From Aureliella sp. (lineage in GTDB: Bacteria; Planctomycetota; Planctomycetia; Pirellulales; Pirellulaceae): a stretch of 64,000 nucleotides of DNA. The position numbers and the translations under genes are program-made. Shown here piece after piece: positions 43,205 through 51,893 of the stretch. Position 1 is the stretch's first letter. Each line of letters opens with the position of its first letter. The notes beneath the pieces were generated by a model that did no database searches, was not told where the DNA came from, and saw only the letters and a program-made list of their open reading frames with translations. The DNA is taken from NCBI GenBank assembly GCA_963691875.1, contig OY829846.1:640001-704000 (forward strand). Reading direction: 5' to 3'.

Positions 43205-43825
43205 ATGCATTCGCTGAGGTTTCTATTGGTCGGCGTGGTCGTTTCTCTCGGGTGCAACAGTATCCCGTGCATGGGACAGGAAATCATACGGATTGAAGAG
43301 GACTGGGAGCTCCATGTAATCCAGCCGGATGCGAAGCGTGATGCCCCTCAGGTCACGACAACGGCATTTCCGCTTGGGAATAACAGTAGCTTGCTCTTTC
43401 AATTTGATTTGAACCATGCATCGCTTCCTGATTTTGAAAGTGGTGGAATGCAAATCCGAATCTGCAATGACGACCACCTACTAGACCAAAAACGCCTCTA
43501 CGACGGCATCAAGCTGGACAACGATGGAGAGACGGTAAGCTGGACGCAGGTATTCCACAACACAGCCGACGGATACTACTTCGGTATCTCGAGGGGCAGC
43601 AGCTCTAGCTTCGGTTCATTCGGAGACCATACCACTTACGCATACATCTCGCACCACACGGCGGGAGACGATGATTTGGATGACTATCGCTATACCGATT
43701 CGATTGAAGACTCTGGTGTTGCCTTCGCAGGGAACAGAGTTGGGCACCTGAGGTTGAAGAAAGTGAGGGCTTATGTAGTTGGAGGTCTCCTCTGGGAGAA
43801 GACGCTAAATGTAGATGTGCAGTAA
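43205..43825 (+). CDS. Secreted hypothetical protein, first gene of the Tad cassette
   Basis: GGAGG RBS, signal peptide, beta-rich acidic body. Confidence 0.85.
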   Translation: MHSLRFLLVGVVVSLGCNSIPCMGQEIIRIEEDWELHVIQPDAKRDAPQVTTTAFPLGNNSSLLFQFDLNHASLPDFESGGMQIRICNDDHLLDQKRLYDGIKLDNDGETVSWTQVFHNTADGYYFGISRGSSSSFGSFGDHTTYAYISHHTAGDDDLDDYRYTDSIEDSGVAFAGNRVGHLRLKKVRAYVVGGLLWEKTLNVDVQ

Positions 43826-43859
43826 GTCGAGCAGGCATGAATAACAAAGGAGACCAACT

Positions 43860-45005
43860 ATGAGAAAAGCCATCACCAATAGAAGCAATGGCAAGGGTAC
43901 GGTTCTGGTTGTCGCCGTCGTCATGATGTTCGGACTGTTTAGCTTTCTGGCATTTGGAATTGATATCGGCTACGTTGCCCAGACCAAAGCTGAGATGCAG
44001 AGGACTGCAGATGCAGCGGCGTTGGCGGGATGCTGGGAGTTCCATTCGCAGCTCCTGGAGGGGAATGAAGGCGAATCTGTCTATCCCGATGTAAGGCAAG
44101 CTGCCGCGTCCTTTGCGGCGGCAAACACCGTGATTCAACGCGCACCAGTCCTACAAACCAGCGCTGGCACACAGGACGTTCAGGTAGGCTACCTCGATAC
44201 GCTCGGTGGCAGTATTACCAGCGACGATACGCGGCCATTCTTTGCCGTTAGAGCAACGGTAACTAAGAACGAGTACAAGAATGGCCAAGTGCCCCACTTC
44301 TTTGGACGCATTTTCGGAAGTTATGGCCAGAACATGCAGGTTGAAGCAACCGCCGTGATGAGCCGTTTCATCGAGGGATTCCAGTTGCCAGCCAACTCAA
44401 ACTCAACCATTGAACTCTTGCCCTTCGCTTTGGATGAGAGCACTTGGAATGAGTTGAAGAACAGCAATACAGCCGATGACTATAATTTCGACGCTAGTAA
44501 GGGCACGATCTCAAGCGGATCGGATGGACTATGGGAAGCAAACCTTTATCCCCAGGGAACAGGCTCACCCGGCAATCGTGGTACGGTGGATATTGGTTGC
44601 GCCAACAATTCCACCACTGATATCAAGAGACAGATCGTTGACGGCATATCCGAACAAGACCTGATTGATCTGGGAAAACCTTTGATCCTTGACTCCAACA
44701 GGACGATGACTCTCAACGGCGATACCGGCATCAGTGCTGGCGTCAAAGCACAATTGAGCAGCATCATTGGCGAGACAAGAGTCATACCGATCTTCTCGAA
44801 TGTTTCCGGCAACGGCAACAACGCTAACTACACGATTGTAAAGTGGGTTGGAGTCCGCATTCTTTACGTGAAGCTCACCGGGTCGATGAAAAGCAAGTGC
44901 GTGATTATCCAGCCTGCACCTATCATCTCTCCCTTCAGCGTAACTTCAACACAAGGTTCATCTACAAGCGATTTCGTGCTCGGCACCGTCGTTCTAGCGA
45001 AATAA
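43860..45005 (+). CDS. TadG-like (Tad domain) pilus-associated protein
   Basis: KG-TVLVVAVV...AFGIDIGY...MQRTADAAALAG. Confidence 0.88.
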   Translation: MRKAITNRSNGKGTVLVVAVVMMFGLFSFLAFGIDIGYVAQTKAEMQRTADAAALAGCWEFHSQLLEGNEGESVYPDVRQAAASFAAANTVIQRAPVLQTSAGTQDVQVGYLDTLGGSITSDDTRPFFAVRATVTKNEYKNGQVPHFFGRIFGSYGQNMQVEATAVMSRFIEGFQLPANSNSTIELLPFALDESTWNELKNSNTADDYNFDASKGTISSGSDGLWEANLYPQGTGSPGNRGTVDIGCANNSTTDIKRQIVDGISEQDLIDLGKPLILDSNRTMTLNGDTGISAGVKAQLSSIIGETRVIPIFSNVSGNGNNANYTIVKWVGVRILYVKLTGSMKSKCVIIQPAPIISPFSVTSTQGSSTSDFVLGTVVLAK

Positions 45006-45015
45006 GGGGTTAATT

Positions 45016-45438
45016 GTGAAGACAACAAAAAGACGCTGTCGAAATCAGCGCAAGCGACTCGGTGCTGCTGCAGTTGAGTTTGCCATAGTTAGCCCACTAT
45101 TTATCTTGCTGACACTCGGCCTGATCGAAGTCGGCCGCGTCGTAATGGTGAAGCAGCTAGTAATCAATGCGTCGCGGGAAGGAGCTCGGCTTGCCTCTCT
45201 CCCCGGGGCGACGGCTGAGAATGTGATCGCTAGTGTCCAAAGCGATCTCGGAAGCCAAACGATTTCTGGAGCGGTTGTCACAACGGAACCATCCTCGTTA
45301 GTAACTACGGGCGCGGGTTCGCCGGTTACCGTCAGGATTTCCGTTCCTGCAAGTAGCATCTCGTGGATTCCCAATCCAGTTTTTGCTGTGACCTCAAGTA
45401 TTGACGCGGAAACAACCATGAGAAAAGAGAGCCAGTGA
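45016..45438 (+). CDS. TadE-like pseudopilin
   Basis: RLG-AAAVEFA prepilin cleavage motif, NASREGARLA. Confidence 0.92.
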   Translation: MKTTKRRCRNQRKRLGAAAVEFAIVSPLFILLTLGLIEVGRVVMVKQLVINASREGARLASLPGATAENVIASVQSDLGSQTISGAVVTTEPSSLVTTGAGSPVTVRISVPASSISWIPNPVFAVTSSIDAETTMRKESQ

Positions 45439-46113
45439 CGCATTGCCTTGGCTTCGCCAGCACTATGTACTCTTCAAACCTGTCGCGCCACTCCTTCTCA
45501 CGATTGGCGATTTCCTTATCAAACTGTTTTTGCCAATCAGCGACGTAGACGCACGCGGTTGCCCTGCAACGCCAAGACAAAAGAGGATATCGCGAGTTTA
45601 ATACCGAGCTGCGGGCAGCTTCAACAACTCACTGCGATGAATGAGTTCACAACAAGGAAATGGCGGCTTCCAGTCTGCCATTGCAAATCGCGAAATTCCA
45701 GATTCTTTCTCCCGATAGCATCCACCCGGATCTCTTCCAACTCCAAGATTTTTTCTCGTAATCATGCCGACGTAAGGCCTGTTACCGCTCGGCTTCAAGC
45801 GTTGCGTCCATGATTGAACGCGACGGAAGTTCTTCTTCACGCATGCCCGATCCACACTGATTTACTCTTTCGCAATGAAACGGGAGCAGCAACTTCAATT
45901 CGTTGATGAATCAAATAACCCGATTGGTTCAACGCATGCTGCATCTTGATCCTACATTGCTCGGCAAAGTCATAGCCTACTCATCTAGGATTTGACCGCG
46001 AAGAAAGCTAGACTGGATTCACTGAGCTTTCACTACGAGATGAACAGGCGATAGATTACCCAGCCTGGCTGGTGCATTTCCTGGGAGCGGGCTTCCCCGA
46101 AATTGGACGGCTT

Positions 46114-47103
46114 ATGCCTAGCTATATAGTACGTTGCGGTGTGATGAGAACTTTACATGTCATGGGCTCACGCAAAGAGTATTCCCGCGGTAAACGCGTG
46201 ATAGCCAGGACAGGTCGAGGCCTTGAGGTTGGCGAAGTCCTTAGTGAAGCAGACGACCGTGTCACCAAACAACTTGCAGAGGCTCAAGGCTTCGGCGAGG
46301 GTAGAAACGATGGTTCCAGCCCAGGCGGTTCGATACAGCGCGAAATGTCGTCCGAGGACGAGAACGAATACTCGCACCTGTTAGCAAAGACGGTCTCGGA
46401 GGCGGATCGTTGCTTCAAAATCATAAAAGAACTCGACCTGCCCATGGACCTTGTTGAAGTCGAGCGTGTTTTCGGTGGCGAACGCATGGTCGTGTATTAT
46501 CTCTCTGAAGATCGCGTCGACTTCCGTGAACTGGTCAAGCGACTTGTCGCTGAATTCCAAACACGCGTCGAGATGAAGCAAATCGGCGTTCGCGATGAAG
46601 CAAAGCTGCTGGCAGACTATGGTGATTGCGGCAAACCCGTGTGTTGTAACACGCACTTGGTAAAAATGCCGCCCGTCTCTATGAAGATGGCGAAACTACA
46701 GAAAGCCACGCTCGATCCAAACAAAATCTCAGGCCGCTGTGGCCGGCTGAAGTGTTGCTTGCGTTACGAATATGATACTTATGAAGATCATCGCAAATCC
46801 CTGCCAAGAGTGGGAGCAGACGTTGTGACGGCAAATGGGCGAGGCAGAATCCTGAGTCAAGAATTGCTATCGAGACAATTGTTGGTTCAAATGGAAGACG
46901 GCAGACGCGTGATGATCCATAACGACGAAGTGCTGACTGTGATAAAGGGAAGTAAACGCGCAAAACGCGATCCTGAAATCGTCGAAAGTCGCGAAAGCAC
47001 CGGCGATCGCGAGTCGAAGAGTCGGGAAACGAATGGCGATAAACCAAAGGCAAAGAAGCCCTACCGCAAGCCGCAAAAGAAAAGAAACGAAAAGCAAGAC
47101 TAG
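46114..47103 (+). CDS. PSP1 domain / RicT (YaaT)-like protein
   Basis: RVDFRELVK, QIGVRDEAK, DCGKPVCC, ISGRCGRLKCCLRYE. Confidence 0.92.
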   Translation: MPSYIVRCGVMRTLHVMGSRKEYSRGKRVIARTGRGLEVGEVLSEADDRVTKQLAEAQGFGEGRNDGSSPGGSIQREMSSEDENEYSHLLAKTVSEADRCFKIIKELDLPMDLVEVERVFGGERMVVYYLSEDRVDFRELVKRLVAEFQTRVEMKQIGVRDEAKLLADYGDCGKPVCCNTHLVKMPPVSMKMAKLQKATLDPNKISGRCGRLKCCLRYEYDTYEDHRKSLPRVGADVVTANGRGRILSQELLSRQLLVQMEDGRRVMIHNDEVLTVIKGSKRAKRDPEIVESRESTGDRESKSRETNGDKPKAKKPYRKPQKKRNEKQD

Positions 47104-47113
47104 CGAAAACTAG

Positions 47114-47512
47114 ATGACTGAGAAGAACCATCCAATCGTTGAGTTGCTCGAACAAGACCAACGGTACGACTTTGAGGCGTATCAGTTTGTTAGAGATGCA
47201 CTGCAGTATGCTCAGGAAATCATGCAGATGCCAGCTGAAGAAGGCGCAACTGACAGCCATATCTCCGGCCAACAGCTTTGTGAAGCAATTCGCCTGCACG
47301 GAATTGAACAGTTCGGCTTCTTATCGAAACTCGTTTTGAATAGCTGGGGCGTCTATTCAACTGGAGACTTTGGTGAGATCGTCTACAACTTGATTCGCAT
47401 CAAACACATGAAGAAGTCGGATTCAGATCGCCGCGAGCACTTCGACGACGTGTACGACTTCAGCGAGGCCTTCGAGCCTGTGTTCCAGTATTCCGGCGGA
47501 GCTGATTCCTAA
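47114..47512 (+). CDS. Minf_1886-family PVC-restricted protein
   Basis: EAYQFVRDAL, HISGQQLCEAIR, WGVYSTGDFGEIVYNLI. Confidence 0.85.
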   Translation: MTEKNHPIVELLEQDQRYDFEAYQFVRDALQYAQEIMQMPAEEGATDSHISGQQLCEAIRLHGIEQFGFLSKLVLNSWGVYSTGDFGEIVYNLIRIKHMKKSDSDRREHFDDVYDFSEAFEPVFQYSGGADS

Positions 47513-47676
47513 AATCTGCTCATTGTTTTTTTGTATCGCTTAGTGCTAATTCGCGACGCTACAAGAGCGGCTCGGCGTCATCCACCGGTCGTAACATCGG
47601 CTAACAACTTGCCACTCACACGCTATCCAAATTCTACAAATCAGCGTAGTGCAGTGGCCCGCGAGGGATTGCCCCA

Positions 47677-47916
47677 ATGAGCAAAGCGAAACCGAAACAG
47701 GATTCCCCAAAGAAGCCCATTCGTCCTGCAGTCCGTGACGAGGCGGCCTCGCATACTGGGCATTCGCCAACTAAACCTGATTCAACGCCAGGGTTTCTTG
47801 CATTCTTGCTGAAGCCAAACAAGACAGCATTCTGGATCTTGTGTGGTTTCTATTTCCTTTGGCTGGTCTTCCTTGCTTACGTCGCGTACGTAAATGTGAG
47901 GTCCGGCAACCAGTAA
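47677..47916 (+). CDS. Small membrane protein
   Basis: Basic N-terminus, single C-terminal TM segment. Confidence 0.6.
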   Translation: MSKAKPKQDSPKKPIRPAVRDEAASHTGHSPTKPDSTPGFLAFLLKPNKTAFWILCGFYFLWLVFLAYVAYVNVRSGNQ

Positions 47917-48311
47917 GGGATTCAACCGGCTCCCACCGCCTGCTGAGACAATCGACTTCTTCTCTTCTATTGCAACCACTCTGATTCGTGTTCTGTCGCA
48001 AACGCTGCGAGCAAACAAGCGAATCCGTAGCAAACCAACCGTGATCCTGCGGTTTCTGAACATCTAAGGGCTTAACAGCAATTAGACTTGTACCGCCGCA
48101 AGTGAAAGGAAGGCAAATCCGATCTGCGCATCGGATTTCTGCGCATTAATCTTTGTTTCTGCGTGCCAAAAGTAGAGACACCAGAAGCTCGCCACGTTGG
48201 AAAATTGAGTTCGACGTATCTCGATCCCTTCGTTATCAGCTAGCGGGGGGATGACTCCAATCAAAATTTGACGCAGCGGCCAAAGTCCCTTCTACGCACT
48301 AGGATTCAAAA

Positions 48312-48605
48312 ATGGAGTTGCTTCAGAGTTCTTTGAAGGCCCGGTGCTCCCGGCAACCATTTTGATGTTGGTCATGGTTGCTTGGAGCGGAATGGCCATC
48401 TTGAGCGGGATGGATCTTGACCTTCCGGGAGATGTCGATGTTGATCTAGATCTAGACGTAGACATGAACGTGGATATCGGTGGCCACGGCGTTGCTGACC
48501 GAGCTGCCGAGAGCCTGGGTGTCTTAGCAATGAAATGGCTCAACCTCAATCAGATCCCGATCCTTATGTGGATCTGCATCTTCACCATTCTGTGGTGGTT
48601 GCTCC
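48312..48605 (+). pseudogene. N-terminal fragment of a YqiJ/NfeD-like membrane protein
   Basis: PVLPATILMLV...GMDLDLPGDVDVDLDLDVD...WLNLNQIPILMWI..LWWLL, ending abruptly in ATPase-derived sequence. Confidence 0.65.
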
Positions 48606-51600
48606 CAACGGCGAAGACTATCTCTTTCTATTCACGAATTTGGAATTGGGAGCCTATCTGCAACTCAAGTACAATTTGATTTGCCAAGAGGCGGACACAC
48701 CTCATATTTGCCACGGGCAGGCGTTTTTTGACGACGGCTCAATGGTTAGTTTCCGTTCTCAGGAGTCGGCACAGAAGCATCATGCTTTGCAAGTCTGGCA
48801 AACACCTTTCGTAGGCCCGAATTTCCAGGCTGACGTCGAAACCGATTCCATGCTCTACAAAATACGAAACCGCGAGCTCGTGCAGGGTATGGCAGAATGC
48901 CAAGAGTTGCTGCAGTTAATAGACAAAGATGACTCCTACGCAGAGCTTTACGTCGATCTCGTAAAGCGTTCGACGGACGCACTAGACAGCTACTTCTGGC
49001 TCGAACGCGATGAGACGATGCGGCTAAGCGAGCCGCTTCAGACGATTCGCGAATCGCCAACTGTCTATCGAGCCGAGTACCTTGCCGCGGACTTATTTTT
49101 TTCTTGGTCACCATCGCAGAAGGCCGAATTCTCAGCCCTTGCGGAGAAAGAGCAGGTGGAACAGATTCAAGTCCTAATGCAAACTCGCCACGACGAAGGC
49201 TACTCGCGTGGCGTTCACGATGCAGATGCAGCAAACATCCTGCGAGAGCTACTGAACCTGGATTCACATCTTGGTTTTCTGCGCTATGAACCTGACTTAC
49301 GGGGGTCTGCGCGTTACGTTTGGACTACTATCGTGCCAGCAGCTGCGAGAACCCGAGTCGAAACCAAGATCGCTGGCCTGGCTACAGTCCGGCAGATTTT
49401 GCCCAAAACAGAAGCGAGCAAGCGTTACGTCAAACGCATTCGCAGCCTGCTCGTGCGTTACGGAAAAGGCATCCTTGATGCAGCAACTCTCGATAACGCT
49501 GCGGAATTTCTCTTCGAGCAACTGCAGCGCAATGAAAATGACTTTGTCCTAAGCCGCTTTGTGGACACAACCTTACAGCGTCTCCATGAGTACTTGCCGA
49601 AGGATGAATGCAACCGCCTCATTAAAGCAACCGATCGATCAAGACACAGTCCACTCGCTGCTTTGACATTAGCCCTGGACGCCGTTGACGGCTACCTTGC
49701 GGAAGACTCACCTGACGCTGAAGAAGAAGATGCAGCGGCTGAGGGCAACCCTAGACGAGGTCAGCACTATCGAGCTGAGTTCGCGGCTCAATTGCCGCTG
49801 CAGAATGAACCGACTGAGCTTGGGCCTGACGTTGAGTTTTTCAAACAACTAGAAGGGCTGTCCGGCGATCACGCTAGAATCCAATCTGGCAGAATGAAGT
49901 TGCACTACCATGAGTTCACGCAACGCTTGGGTAGCTACCGCAGGGACGTAATCCCTCGATATACGCAGCTGAAACACGATAAGCATCAACTGCTTGAGGA
50001 AGCCGAACGTAAGATTGGGACAAGCGATTTCAAGGCAAGGGTGCTGACTAGCTTTGTACGCAATCTACTGATCGATGAAGTCTATCTGCCAATGTTCGGC
50101 GAAATTTTGGCCAAACAGATGGGCTCGGCAGGAGAGAACAAACGCACAGACCGAATGGGCCTCTTGCTGTTCATCAGCCCGCCGGGTTACGGTAAAACAA
50201 CCTTGATGGAATACATTGCCAATCGACTCGGATTGGTGTTTGTAAAAGTGAACGGTCCCACTCTCGGACACAACGTCACCTCGCTCGATCCAGCGGAAGC
50301 GACGAATGCATCTGCCAAGGAAGAAGTTGAACGCATCAATCTCGCCCTTGAAATGGGCGACAATGTAATGCTTTACCTCGATGACATTCAGCATTGCCAT
50401 CCCGAGTTACTGCAAAAATTTATCCCTCTTTATGACGCAACCAGAAGAATCGAAGGCGTCTGGGAAGGAGAACCCAAGATTTACGACCTTCGCGGACGTA
50501 AGTTTTCGGTGATCATGGCAGGAAATCCGTACACAGAGAGCGGAGCGAAGTTCCAAATTCTTGACATGCTTTCCAATCGGGCTGATGTATACAATTTAGG
50601 CGAGATCATTGGCGATTCCGCCGATTCGTTCGAGCTGAGTTACATCGAACATTGCTTGAACAGCAATCCAACTCCACAACCTTTGGCCAGGCTGTCGAAC
50701 GCAGACCAACGTGCAATTATCCGTGCTGCAGAACGAGGTTCTGTGGAAAGCCTTGAGCTCGAGAGCAACCTAGGTGCCGAGCCTGAAGGATATGATCTCT
50801 GTGATCAAGAAACTGCTCCGCGTGAGAGATGTGATCCTGCAAGTGAATCGAACTTATATTCGTTCCGCAGCTCAAGCAGATAGCTACCGAACTGAGCCGC
50901 CTTTCAAGCTCCAAGGCAGCTACCGGAATATGAATCGCATTGCGGAGCGTGTGGTACCGGTAATGAATAATCAAGAGTTAGCGACACTCGTATTTTCGAA
51001 CTACGAGCAAGATGCTCAAACGCTAACGCGTGATGGAGAGTCGAACTTACTCAAATTCAAAGAATTGCTCGGCGTTCTTTCTGCGGATGAACAGAAACGC
51101 TGGAATAGCATCAAGTATGCTTTTGTGGAAACGGTACGGATGCAGGGTATGGAAGGAGAAGATTCAGCTGCGCAGCTACTCCGCTCGTTGAGCGGTCTGC
51201 GGGACGGCTTGGAGTCGATTCGCAGAACGATCTCCGATGCAGTAGAAACTCGTGAGGGCGAAACTGATCGTTCCGAGCAATTCCTTGCCTCACTCACCGC
51301 GATTAAGTGCGGACTAGAAGGACTGGGGGAGCAGTTGACTTCGAGCATGCGAACACGTTGGGAGAAGGAAGATTCCGGTGACGTTAAACTTCCAGAGCAA
51401 AAAGTACTTGTTCAGCATTCAGTACCGCGAGTCATGACAGATCTGATCGAAAGTCAGTTTCAACTTCTATACGACGGATTACGACCCATTCTGGAACAGG
51501 CCGCTGTCTCCCAAAATCAACTCGATGCGGTCAAAAGAAGTATCGATAGCTGCCTCAACAATTATCGGACGATTCAGGAAGAAATTAGGTCAGCCAAAGG

Positions 51601-51607
51601 CAAATGA
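48600..51607 (+). pseudogene. DUF3686 'DNA repair ATPase'-family AAA protein: 5'-truncated, probably internally deleted, frameshifted near 50780
   Basis: PNGEDYLF, QVWQTPF, VYRAEYLA, Walker A SPPGYGKTT, Walker B LYLDD, AGNPYTESG; continues in another frame with RTEPPFKLQGSYRNMN. Confidence 0.8.
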
Positions 51608-51893
51608 GCATTCAAAGCATAGATGTCTTGTTCGTAAGATTCAGTCGGAGTGCGTGCATACATTAGACCTGAACCAACCTCCACAGCAAGCCCAATACCC
51701 CATATTGAGGCCTTTTATGCGGGCATCGTCGGAGGTTGCTATTTCTGAGGCCACGGCTCATCGGTAAGAATTGACGAAAAATTCACTAAGGGAAGAAAAA
51801 CCAGCTGGATGTCACCTACGAATTTTCAGTTTTGGTCTAGAATCGAACGCTCATCTCTCTCTTTTGACGTTTTTTTGACCCCTGGAGTAACAG

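Noticed and set aside
48110..48145. Second c-di-GMP riboswitch (GGCAAATCCGAT..ATCGGATT)
   Set aside because: Only a hairpin; no CGCAAAG or P3 element
48410..48480. Tandem DNA repeat GATCTA/GATGT
   Set aside because: Explained by the DLDVD low-complexity protein linker
48535..48600. N-terminus MAQPQSDPDP.. of the 782 aa ORF
   Set aside because: Out-of-frame reading of the upstream membrane-protein fragment
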